A DNA stretch of 64,000 bases from Vulcanimicrobiota bacterium (GTDB lineage Bacteria > Vulcanimicrobiota > Vulcanimicrobiia > Vulcanimicrobiales > Vulcanimicrobiaceae), in assembly GCA_963755555.1 (NCBI GenBank), contig CAVWKE010000003.1, forward strand, positions 53,357 through 117,356, read 5' to 3'. The notes under the pieces were generated by a model. It was not told the origin of the DNA, did not search any database, and saw only the letters and a list, made by a program, of their open reading frames with translations. Positions 36,817 to 45,241 of the stretch are shown one piece after another (positions within the stretch are counted from its first letter, which is position 1; each line of letters opens with the position of its first letter). Both the position numbers and the translations under genes were made by a program.

Positions 36817-37550
36817 ACGGCGCTTCCCGGGCGCCGGCCGCCATCGAAATCCACGGGCTCGTGAAACGGTACGGAGACTTTACGGCGGTCGACGGAGTGT
36901 CGCTGCGCGTCGAGGCCGGCGAGTTCTTCGGCTTTCTCGGTCCCAACGGCGCGGGGAAGACCACGACGATCAACGCGATCGTCGGCTTGGCCAAGATCGG
37001 TGCCGGAACGATCTCGGTGCTGGGCTACGACAACGTCGCCCAGTGGCGGGAAGCGCGGCGTTTGGTCGGCGTTTCGCCTCAGGAGTTCAACTTCGATCGG
37101 TACCTGTCGATCCGAGACGTGTTGATCTACGCGGCCGGCTACTTCGGACTGCGCGGAAAGGCCGTGGCCGAGCGCGCCGACATGCTCCTCGACCGGTTCG
37201 GCTTGACGTCGAAATCGAACGTAGAGTACACCAAACTGTCCGGCGGCCAAAAGCGGCGGCTCACCCTGGCTCGCGCGCTCGTTCACGAACCGAAGGTGCT
37301 GATTCTCGACGAGCCGACCGCCGGTGTGGACGTCGAACTGCGTCTCCAGCTCTGGGAGTGGTTGCGGACGCTCAATGCCGACGGGCTGACGGTTTTTCTC
37401 ACGACCCACTATCTCGAGGAAGCCGAAGAGCTTTGCCGCCGAATCGCGATTATCCGCGCCGGCCGCATCGTGACCGAAAAGCCCACGCAAGAGTTGATCG
37501 CCGAAGGCGCCTCACTGCAAGACGTCTTTTTGGAACTGACCAAGCCGTGA
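36813..37550 (+). CDS. ABC transporter ATP-binding protein (ABC-2 exporter type)
   Basis: Walker A GPNGAGKTT, signature LSGGQKRRL, Walker B LILDEPTAGVD. The TTG start overlaps the upstream stop. Confidence 0.9.
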   Translation: MNGASRAPAAIEIHGLVKRYGDFTAVDGVSLRVEAGEFFGFLGPNGAGKTTTINAIVGLAKIGAGTISVLGYDNVAQWREARRLVGVSPQEFNFDRYLSIRDVLIYAAGYFGLRGKAVAERADMLLDRFGLTSKSNVEYTKLSGGQKRRLTLARALVHEPKVLILDEPTAGVDVELRLQLWEWLRTLNADGLTVFLTTHYLEEAEELCRRIAIIRAGRIVTEKPTQELIAEGASLQDVFLELTKP

Positions 37551-38308
37551 ACTCGGTCGGACTTTGGACGCTGGTCAAGCGCGAAATCGTTCGCAGCGTC
37601 AAGATCATCAATCAAGTGATTTGGCCTCCGATCATCACGACGCTCCTGTACGTGTTCGTGTTCGGCGTGGCGTTGGGCAGCCGCATTCCAACGCTGCAGG
37701 GTGTCACGTACGCACAGTTTCTCATCCCCGGCCTCATCATGCTGCAGGTCATCGACTCGTCGTACGGCGAGTGTTCGAGCTCGCTCTTCCAGGGACGCTT
37801 CATGAATTCGATCCAGGAGATGTTGATCGCGCCGATGTCGGCGTTTGAGATCGTCGGCGGCTACGTGCTCGGCAGCCTCGCGCGATCGCTGCTGATTGCC
37901 GGACTCATTACCGCTCTGGGCGCCGTCTTAGTGCACGCGGTTCCGCAGGACTGGCCGCTCTATTTTGGGGTGATCTGCCTCGTATCGCTGCTGTTTTCGG
38001 CGCTGGGGTTGATCTTCGGTCTGTTTGCCGAGAAGTTCGACCATATCGCCGTCCTGACGACGTTCGTAATTACGCCGCTAACGTTCGTCGGCGGCGTTTT
38101 TACGTCGGCCGCGATGCTGCCGCAGACGCTGCAGCGCCTGGAACTCTTCAACCCGATCTTTTACACGATCGACGCCTTCCGGCGCAGCTACACGGGAGAC
38201 AGCTTTCTGCCGCCGATCCAGTCGGTCGCGGCGATCGTCGTGCTCGCCGCGATAGCGTTGGTCGTCGCGCTGCGCTTGATGGCGGTCGGTTACAAGCTGC
38301 GAACCTAG
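37547..38308 (+). CDS. ABC-2 type transporter permease
   Basis: 6 hydrophobic segments. The start is typical: LVKREIVRSVKIINQVIWPPIITTLLYVFVFG. GTGA overlap with the ATPase stop at 37547-37550. Confidence 0.85.
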   Translation: MNSVGLWTLVKREIVRSVKIINQVIWPPIITTLLYVFVFGVALGSRIPTLQGVTYAQFLIPGLIMLQVIDSSYGECSSSLFQGRFMNSIQEMLIAPMSAFEIVGGYVLGSLARSLLIAGLITALGAVLVHAVPQDWPLYFGVICLVSLLFSALGLIFGLFAEKFDHIAVLTTFVITPLTFVGGVFTSAAMLPQTLQRLELFNPIFYTIDAFRRSYTGDSFLPPIQSVAAIVVLAAIALVVALRLMAVGYKLRT

Positions 38309-38472
38309 GAGCCTGTAGGACTATGGCACATTTCCGCCTCCGTACCGCCTTTTGCACGAAGACTTCGTTGCTCATCGGTGACGAAGCTACGGCTTCGCCC
38401 CCTCTTCACGCCTCGTTTTCGAACAAAATTCGGCACGGATTCGAAAACGGCCATAGCCCTACTGGCTCCTAG
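38305..38472. repeat. 168-nt intergenic element bounded by 23-bp imperfect inverted repeats, with internal hairpins (candidate structured RNA or MITE-like element)
   Basis: CTAGGAGCCTGTAGGACTATGGC (38305-38327) pairs with GCCATAGCCCTACTGGCTCCTAG (38450-38472), 21 of 23 complementary. Internal hairpins: CGAAGC-TACG-GCTTCG (38382-38397) and CGTTTTCGAA...TTCGAAAACG (38414-38423 / 38440-38449). The element is locally AT-richer than its surroundings. Confidence 0.5.
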
Positions 38473-38487
38473 CGGAGCGGAAAAAGA

Positions 38488-38868
38488 GTGCTTACGGCAT
38501 TGTTGTTGGCGGCGGCGGTGTCGGGCGGGGGGGTGCGGCTCGAAGTCGGACCGTGGACGGGCACGAGCCTGCCGACGGCGTCACGTTCGGCGGCGAGTTT
38601 TCGATTGACCGTTACCGGCCGGCCGAAATCGACCGTCTCGCTGGTTGCGTCCGCGGTAGCCGGCGGCTGGCTGGCGGCATTTTGCACCTCGAGCGTTTGC
38701 TCGCCGGAACGGGTCGACGTGACGCTGCCGTCCTCTGGGCGCGCCGTTTACCAATTCGAATTAATTCGTCAAACACCGAACGCGCCGAAACGAAGTGGCG
38801 CCCGCATCGGCAGCACCGACGGCGCCGTCACGCTCGATATCGCGCCCGTCTCTCCCGGAAATCCCTGA
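38488..38868 (+). CDS. Small secreted hypothetical protein
   Basis: GTG start. N-terminus LTALLLAAAVSGGG. High GC3. The pattern ...LVASAVAGGWLAAFC... faintly resembles beta-sandwich accessory proteins found next to ABC-2 exporters. This call is weak. Confidence 0.45.
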   Translation: MLTALLLAAAVSGGGVRLEVGPWTGTSLPTASRSAASFRLTVTGRPKSTVSLVASAVAGGWLAAFCTSSVCSPERVDVTLPSSGRAVYQFELIRQTPNAPKRSGARIGSTDGAVTLDIAPVSPGNP

Positions 38869-38876
38869 TCAGGGCG

Positions 38877-39716
38877 TTACGGGAAGAACGGATTGTGCTC
38901 GAGTTCCAGCGCGACGGTCGTCGGCGGCCCGTGGCCGGGCATGACGACGGTCGCTTCGGGCAGCGAGAAGATTTTGTCTCGGATGCTGCGTAGAATGTCC
39001 GCGTACGTACTGCGGTCGCCGTACGCGCCGCCGACGCTGCCGGCGAAAAGCGTGTCGCCGCTAAACAGGTTCTCGTCGAACAGAAAACATGCGGACCCGT
39101 CGGTATGCCCGGGGGTATGCAGCGTCCGAATGACGCCCCGCTTTCCGAAAGGAAGTTCCTCGCCGTCGGCGAGCGGCCGCGCTCGCCCGGCCAACTTCGT
39201 CCCGAGCGCCGCGACGTCCAGCGGGTGCATGACGATCTGGGCGTGGGGGTACTTTTGCGCGACGGCGGCGGCGGCATCGCAGTGATCGGCGTGCTTGTGC
39301 GTGATGAGAACGTACTCGAGATCGTAGCGGCCCTCGTCCAGAACGTGCAGCAGATTTTTGGCGACCCCGGCCGGATCGACGAGCGCCGCGCGCCCGTTAT
39401 CGGAAACGGCCACGTAGCCGTTGCTCGGGTGGGGATGTTGCGCGTGACGGCGCACGTTCGGCCGGGCGATCGACGGGGGGTACCAGCGGCCCGCCGCGGT
39501 ATCGGCGAGTTTGTCCGGGGCGAGGTGCAGGACGGTCGCGAGCGCGCGTGCCTCGGCGTCGCCGGCGACGCCATCGTCCTTCAGCCAAGCCGCGATGCGG
39601 AGTTCGTCGATTCCGGTCAAGCTTGCGACCCGCTTCGCGTCGACGCGGTTACCGATCATGGCTTTGCGCAGGTCGTCGCCGAAGGTATCCTCGAGCGGAA
39701 GCAATCCGTCGTTCAT
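38877..39716 (-). CDS. MBL-fold metallohydrolase (glyoxalase II-like) with an N-terminal extension of about 75 aa
   Basis: ITHKHADH (HxHxDH variant), TPGHTDGS, FSGDTLF and MPGHG motifs. ATG at 39716 (MNDGLLPL) is preferred over the track start at 39767. Confidence 0.8.
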   Translation of the reverse strand: MNDGLLPLEDTFGDDLRKAMIGNRVDAKRVASLTGIDELRIAAWLKDDGVAGDAEARALATVLHLAPDKLADTAAGRWYPPSIARPNVRRHAQHPHPSNGYVAVSDNGRAALVDPAGVAKNLLHVLDEGRYDLEYVLITHKHADHCDAAAAVAQKYPHAQIVMHPLDVAALGTKLAGRARPLADGEELPFGKRGVIRTLHTPGHTDGSACFLFDENLFSGDTLFAGSVGGAYGDRSTYADILRSIRDKIFSLPEATVVMPGHGPPTTVALELEHNPFFP

Positions 39717-39802
39717 GACGAGCCGATTCGACGCACGCGCGCCCGGCTCAGTCCGGCGGCGTTGCAACCGGAACCGCCAAGCAGGCGGTCGAAGCGGGCG
39801 AA

Positions 39803-40735
39803 ATGGAACGCGTGATCGTTATCGGCTCGGGTCCGGCCGGGCTTACCGCTGCCATCTACGCGGCGCGGGCCAACCTCAGTCCGCTCGTGCTGGCCGGCGG
39901 CCTGTACGGCGGCCAACTGATGCTGACGACCGAAGTCGAAAACTATCCCGGCTTTCCCGAGGGCATCATGGGACCGGATCTGATGATCCGTTTTCGGGAG
40001 CAGGCCGAGCGTTTCGGTGCGCGGATCGAAAACGTCAACGTGGTGGCAGTCGACTTCACGCAAGTTCCGCTGACGGTTCGGACGATCGATCGCGAATTCC
40101 AAACCAAGACGGCGATCGTTGCGACCGGTGCGAGCGCCCGCTGGCTGGACGTTCCAGGGGAAGTGCGCTTGCGCGGGCGCGGCGTTTCGACTTGCGCTAC
40201 CTGCGACGGCGCGTTCTTTCGCGAGAAGCACATCGTCGTCGTCGGCGGCGGCGACTCGGCGATGGAGGAGGCGTTGTTCCTAACGCGGTTCGGACGGCGG
40301 GTGACCGTGATCCACCGGCGCGACGGGCTGCGCGCGAGCAAGGTTATGGCCGAGCGCGCGCGGGCTGCGGACAAGATCGACTTCATATGGAATACGGTCG
40401 TCGAAGAGGCGCTCGGCGACACGCACCTTAAAGGTTTGCGGTTGCGCAACGTCAACGACGGCAGCGTTTTCGACTTCGACGCCGACGCGCTCTTCATCGC
40501 GATCGGCCATACTCCGAACACCGGGATATTCAAAGGGCAACTCGACCTCGACCGCGGCGGCTACATCAATTCTCCCGACGGCGTCTCGACCAACGTCGAA
40601 GGCGTGTTCGTGGCCGGCGACGTTAACGATCTGCGGTACAAACAAGCGATCACAGCCGCCGGCGCGGGTTGCCGAGCGGCGATGGATGCCGAGAAGCACT
40701 TGGAAGCCATGGAGTTCGCCGTAGCGACTACGTGA
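39803..40735 (+). CDS. trxB: Thioredoxin-disulfide reductase
   Basis: VIVIGSGPAGLTAAIYAARA, redox-active CATCDG, VVGGGDSAMEEA, FVAGDV. Confidence 0.95.
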   Translation: MERVIVIGSGPAGLTAAIYAARANLSPLVLAGGLYGGQLMLTTEVENYPGFPEGIMGPDLMIRFREQAERFGARIENVNVVAVDFTQVPLTVRTIDREFQTKTAIVATGASARWLDVPGEVRLRGRGVSTCATCDGAFFREKHIVVVGGGDSAMEEALFLTRFGRRVTVIHRRDGLRASKVMAERARAADKIDFIWNTVVEEALGDTHLKGLRLRNVNDGSVFDFDADALFIAIGHTPNTGIFKGQLDLDRGGYINSPDGVSTNVEGVFVAGDVNDLRYKQAITAAGAGCRAAMDAEKHLEAMEFAVATT

Positions 40736-41573
40736 GAAGATTCTCGAGAGCTTGGCCGATCGTCGTGAAGGCGAAGTCGTAGCGGCGTTCGTCTAGGAGA
40801 CGCTGCGGTACGACGCGCTGGCCGGTCGTGACCACCGATGCGCCCTCGCCCAGCAGCATCTGCAGGGCGAACGGCGGCGCCGGGAACGACGTAGGCCGGT
40901 GCAGCACTTCCCCGAGCGCGTGCGTGAACTCGGCGTTCGTGACCGGGTTGGGCGCGGTCGCATTGTAGGGTCCGTCACCCCCATCGAGCACGGTAAGGTA
41001 CGCACCGGCTAAATCGTCGATGTGAATCCACGAATACCACTGGCGGCCGCTGCCCACGATCCCGCCGATCCCCAGGCGAAATGGCGGCAAAATCTTCGCT
41101 AGCGCACCGCCGTCGTTGCCGAGGACCAAGCCCGACCGAACCGTTGCGGCGCGCATGCCGAACTCTCGCGCGGCGAGCGCCTGACGTTCCCACGCTTCGC
41201 AAACCTGGGCGAGAAAGTCGGCACCGGGCGGATTGCTCTCGACGAACGTTTCGGTTTCGCTCGCACCGTAATATCCGATGCCCGACGCGGAAACGTACAC
41301 CTTCACCATCCGGTCCAGGCGGCTCAAGGCATCGAGGAAGCGCCGCGGCAGCTCGGTGCGGCTGGTGAGGATTGCGCTCTTGACGCGCTCCGTCCAGCGC
41401 TGGCCGATCGGCTCGCCCGCCAGGTTAACGATCGCGTCGCAAGCGGCGGCCGCGGCGGCCGCCGCTTGCGGATCGCGCAGCGACGTTACGATCACGGTGT
41501 CGCCGCGTCGCTCGAGCGCCTTCCTAAGGTGCCTGCCTACGAACCCGGACGCTCCGAGGACGCAGACCTTCAC
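40728..41573 (-). CDS. TIGR01777/YfcH-like epimerase-family protein (atypical SDR with a DUF1731 C-terminus)
   Basis: VKVCVLGASGFVGRHL start. SASGIGYYG. RSGLVLG..GGAL..ILPPFRLGIGG..GSGRQWYSWIHIDD. The GTG start overlaps the pepP stop (GTGA at 41570-41573). The 373-aa track ORF is over-extended. Confidence 0.8.
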   Translation of the reverse strand: MKVCVLGASGFVGRHLRKALERRGDTVIVTSLRDPQAAAAAAAACDAIVNLAGEPIGQRWTERVKSAILTSRTELPRRFLDALSRLDRMVKVYVSASGIGYYGASETETFVESNPPGADFLAQVCEAWERQALAAREFGMRAATVRSGLVLGNDGGALAKILPPFRLGIGGIVGSGRQWYSWIHIDDLAGAYLTVLDGGDGPYNATAPNPVTNAEFTHALGEVLHRPTSFPAPPFALQMLLGEGASVVTTGQRVVPQRLLDERRYDFAFTTIGQALENLLT

Positions 41574-42892
41574 GCGGGCGCGGGCACCCGCACCCCGGAC
41601 CCCACGATCGCCTCGAGTTCCTCGACGCGCTTTGGCGTTGCGGCGGTCAGGTTTTCGTTTCCGCCGGCGGTGACGAGTACGTCGTCTTCGATTCGGATTC
41701 CGATTCCTTTGAAACGCTCGTCGCACGTCAGGTCGCGATGCACGTAGATCCCGGGTTCGACCGTCGTGACCATGCCGGGTAGTAAAACGATGGGTTCGTC
41801 GTCCGCATCGCGATACGCGCCGGCATCGTGAACGTCGAGCCCCAGCCAATGCCCCGTCCCGTGCATGTAGTAATCGCGATAGGTTTCGCGCTCGACGTTT
41901 TCGTCGACCGATCCCGCGAGCAGGCCGACGCCGATCAATCCCTCGACGATCGTACGCACCGCGGTATCGTGGAACACGCTGCGTCGAATCCCCGGCCGCA
42001 CCTGGGCGATCGCCGCCTCCTGGGCCGCTAAGACGACGTCGTAGAGCGCTCGCTGTTCGGGCGTGAAGCGTCCGTCAACGGGCCACGTGCGCGTTACGTC
42101 GGTCGCGTAACAGTCCAGCTCGCACGCCGAATCGATTAGGAGCAACGCGCCCGGCTCGAGACGATCGCGGTTGGCGACGTAGTGAAGCACGGTCGCATTG
42201 TCGCCGGCCGCAACGATCGACTCATAGGCGACGCTCTGCGCCCCGGCGCGCCGGTACTCGCTTTCGAGGAGCGCTTGAATTTCGTATTCGTATGCGCCGG
42301 GGTGCGTGCCGCGCATGGCGGCGACGTGCCCGGCGCGCGTAATCGTCGCCGCGCGCCGGAGGGTCGCTACTTCGTCCGGACTCTTAATCGACCGCATCTT
42401 TTCGAGGACGAGCGACGGCTCGGCGAACGTCTGCGGCGCGTGCCCTTTGCGCCGCACGTTCGTGCGCGCCGTTTCGAGGGCGTCGCGAACCGTGCGGTCC
42501 ATCGCCGAATCGGAACCGAAAGCATAATGCAGCTGTGACGCGCCCACCAGGTACTCCGGCAAGCGTTGCGGCAGTTCGTCGATCGCAAAGGCGGCGTCGA
42601 CTCCGAGCGCCGCGCAAGCGGCTTCGACGCCGAGGCGCTTCCCGTTCCAAATTTCCTGAGAGCGATCGCGTTGCCGCAAAAACAGCACGCAGCGGTGCTC
42701 GGGATGCTGCGGCGCGAGCACGAGGAGCGCGTCGGGCTCCTCGAATCCGGTCAGGTAGTAAAAATTGGAATCTTGCCGGAATGGATAGGTCGAGTCGCCG
42801 TTGCGAGCGATCGTGCGGGCTGCCGGCACGAGAGCGACGCCGCCGGCGAAAGCCGTCAAGGCGCGGGTGCGCCGATCCGAATAGGGTTGCAT
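41570..42892 (-). CDS. pepP: Xaa-Pro aminopeptidase (M24B)
   Basis: FRQDSNFYYLTGF, LLIDSACELDCYATDVTRT, HGTGHWLGLDVHD, VEPGIY and IRIEDDV motifs. Confidence 0.9.
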   Translation of the reverse strand: MQPYSDRRTRALTAFAGGVALVPAARTIARNGDSTYPFRQDSNFYYLTGFEEPDALLVLAPQHPEHRCVLFLRQRDRSQEIWNGKRLGVEAACAALGVDAAFAIDELPQRLPEYLVGASQLHYAFGSDSAMDRTVRDALETARTNVRRKGHAPQTFAEPSLVLEKMRSIKSPDEVATLRRAATITRAGHVAAMRGTHPGAYEYEIQALLESEYRRAGAQSVAYESIVAAGDNATVLHYVANRDRLEPGALLLIDSACELDCYATDVTRTWPVDGRFTPEQRALYDVVLAAQEAAIAQVRPGIRRSVFHDTAVRTIVEGLIGVGLLAGSVDENVERETYRDYYMHGTGHWLGLDVHDAGAYRDADDEPIVLLPGMVTTVEPGIYVHRDLTCDERFKGIGIRIEDDVLVTAGGNENLTAATPKRVEELEAIVGSGVRVPAPA

Positions 42893-42936
42893 CGTTAGCG
42901 AGTTCCTTTCGCCCCGGGAAGCATCCTTGGGTGTGG

Positions 42937-44001
42937 CTAGATCGCGCGCAGGAGGGATTCGGCCTGGCGTTCGAGGCCTTGCTCGTAGACCTTCGGATGC
43001 GTCAGGTAGAAAAGCGCCATCACTCGAAGCACGAAGCGGTGTTCGCTGGGGTTGGGAAGCAACGCGATGCGTCCGAGGGCGTTTCGCGCCAAATCTGCAA
43101 CCCGGTCGAGCATCCTATCCGGCGTCGCGTAGAGCGACGCAAAGTTTAGTTCGGCGTGGTCGCGGTCCTCGGTTTGGTCGATAAAGGAGTCGAGCAACAC
43201 GTGCAACGCCGCCGCCGCCGGAAAATACGCGTCGTAGGCGGGGCGCACGGCGTCGCTGCGGCCCGCAAAACACTCGTATAGCGGGGCGTAGACTTGAAAT
43301 TGCGATCCCGCGGCGCACGCGAACTCGTACCACTCCAGGCTGCGGGTGCGGGCGTCGCAGCGGCGACCGAACCATTCGATGCAGGCGCGCTCGCGCTCCC
43401 CGGCCGGATAGTGCTTATACGTTTGCATTTCGGCGTACAGCGCAGCCGCCTCGGAAAAGGCCGGAAGCAGAGCCTCGTAGCCGTCCAGCCGTTGGAGCGA
43501 ACGCTGCGTTCGGTTGACGAGACCTCGCAGATAGCCGCCGTCATCGCCTGCCGGGCCCAGCGCGTAGTAGTCGCGCGGTTGCGCGTGCGGGTCGAGCGCG
43601 TCCGCGATCGCTTGGTGCAGCACCGGATAGGCTTGCGCCGAAACTTCGGGATGACGGTCGCAGAGATTATCGAGATAATCGTAGATCGATTCGAGCGGCG
43701 CCACAATCGCGACGTAATCGCGGGCGGCTGCCGGCGGCAGAAACGTCGCGAGGATACAAGCGCCGGCGACGTGATACGCCTTGGCGTGGATGCTCGCGAG
43801 CGCCTGCGATCGCAGTTCCGGATCGGGAATCGCAAACGCCGACGACCGGATTGCGTCGAGTTCGCGCGCTGCAAGCGGCACGATCCGGCGAAGGAAGCGC
43901 CACATCGGAAGCGGCAGCGACGCTCCGTCGCGCAGGAGGAATCGCAGGCGCGCCGGGCTGGCGAGCACGTGGCGGACGGCCCAGGCTATTTCGGCATGCA
44001 T
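42937..44001 (-). CDS. DUF2600-family protein (YtpB / tetraprenyl-beta-curcumene synthase-like)
   Basis: IPDPELRSQALASIHAKAYHVAGACILATF and ESIYDYLDNLCDRHPE match what I recall as the signature blocks of Bacillus subtilis YtpB. ATG at 44001 (MHAEIAW) was chosen because the longer ORF overlaps the upstream gene. Confidence 0.65.
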   Translation of the reverse strand: MHAEIAWAVRHVLASPARLRFLLRDGASLPLPMWRFLRRIVPLAARELDAIRSSAFAIPDPELRSQALASIHAKAYHVAGACILATFLPPAAARDYVAIVAPLESIYDYLDNLCDRHPEVSAQAYPVLHQAIADALDPHAQPRDYYALGPAGDDGGYLRGLVNRTQRSLQRLDGYEALLPAFSEAAALYAEMQTYKHYPAGERERACIEWFGRRCDARTRSLEWYEFACAAGSQFQVYAPLYECFAGRSDAVRPAYDAYFPAAAALHVLLDSFIDQTEDRDHAELNFASLYATPDRMLDRVADLARNALGRIALLPNPSEHRFVLRVMALFYLTHPKVYEQGLERQAESLLRAI

Positions 44002-44020
44002 CGTAACGACGTCCGCGGAT

Positions 44021-45241
44021 TCAGATTCCGCCGACGAAACGGCCCGGGTTGAGCGTCCGCTTGGGATCGAAGCGCGCCTTGAGCGCCCGCATCTTCTCGA
44101 TGGCCCCCGGAAGGGCGCCCCAAACGCGCAAAGAGGCACGGTGCGGATGTTCGCCGGCAATCACCTGAGCGCGCGGATGCCGGTCGTGAAGGGCTTCGTC
44201 GAATCGTTCGATTTTGGATCCGAGAGCGCGTGTGTCGAGGTCGCTGACGCGCACGATGACATCGCCGTTCATAACGTCCGTGATGCTTTCGCAGCGCAGC
44301 TCGAAACGCCGCGCGAGATCGCCCATCGAGACGGCGGCTCTTTCGGCCTGATCGGGAAACTGAAAGAGCCGGTAGGTGATGGAGCGCTCTCCCAAAGTGG
44401 CGACGTAGGCGTCGACGGTGCGCTGGAACGATTCTCGCGCGCCGGCATCTACGACGCGGGTTTCGGGAACGCCGGCGCGGCCGAGCGCCGAGCGCAGATC
44501 GCGGGTCGCGCGCTCGAGAACGGCGTCGCTGCCCTCGAGCAACACGACGACGCGCCCCTCGTCGCCGTCGTCGCCGTCGACCGCTTGATGAAATCCGTCG
44601 ATCCAAAACGCGGCCGACGGCCGGATCGATAAAGCGTTGAGTTGAAAGAGGGCGCGCGTTCGCGAGCCCTCTGGAAGGCGTGCCAAGAAGACGCGCGCGC
44701 GCCGCGGCGCCGCGAGTGTTTTAAGGTTGACCTGCGCCAGAATCCCCAGCGTGCCGAACGAGCCGACATAGAGGCGGCTCATGTCGTAGCCCGCAACGTT
44801 TTTTACGACCATGCCCCCGGCGCGCGCGATCGTTCCATCGGCCAGTGCGACGGTCGAACCGATAACGAAGTCGCGCGGACGTGAGTAGAGGTGCCGTCGC
44901 GGACCCAGCCAGCCGGCGGCCAGCGTTCCTCCGACGGTGGCGTATTGCGGGCACGGCGCGTCGAACGGTACGAACTGACGATGTGCGGCCAGCGCGTTGC
45001 CGATCGATTGAATCGGCATGCCGGCTTGAACGGCGACCGTGAGATCGGCTGGTTCGTAAGCGACGATCCCGCAAAGCGCGGTCGTTTCGAGCGTTAGGTC
45101 GGCACGCTCCGGCGGAAACCCCATGCCGCGCAGGGTGTCGCCGCCGACGACCTGGAGCTTGCGTCCGTCCGCGTCGCACTGGGCGATCAATTCGCCGAGT
45201 TCCTGCGTCGTTTTTGGAGCTGCCCGTTCCGAGACGGTCAT
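44021..45241 (-). CDS. FAD-binding (PCMH-type) oxidoreductase, GlcE-like
   Basis: FAD-binding-4 type N-terminus (KLQVVGGDTL..., GGTLAAG, GGMVVKNVAGYDMSRL). ATGA overlap with the upstream GlcD-like gene at 45238-45241. Confidence 0.75.
   Translation of the reverse strand: MTVSERAAPKTTQELGELIAQCDADGRKLQVVGGDTLRGMGFPPERADLTLETTALCGIVAYEPADLTVAVQAGMPIQSIGNALAAHRQFVPFDAPCPQYATVGGTLAAGWLGPRRHLYSRPRDFVIGSTVALADGTIARAGGMVVKNVAGYDMSRLYVGSFGTLGILAQVNLKTLAAPRRARVFLARLPEGSRTRALFQLNALSIRPSAAFWIDGFHQAVDGDDGDEGRVVVLLEGSDAVLERATRDLRSALGRAGVPETRVVDAGARESFQRTVDAYVATLGERSITYRLFQFPDQAERAAVSMGDLARRFELRCESITDVMNGDVIVRVSDLDTRALGSKIERFDEALHDRHPRAQVIAGEHPHRASLRVWGALPGAIEKMRALKARFDPKRTLNPGRFVGGI

Noticed and set aside
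38348-38378. Hammerhead-ribozyme-like core on the minus strand of the inverted-repeat element (CCGAUGAG-hairpin-CAAAAGG)
   Set aside because: Two invariant core positions are wrong (CCGAUGA instead of CUGAUGA; no GAAA after stem II), and no suitable stem I/III or cleavage triplet could be drawn.
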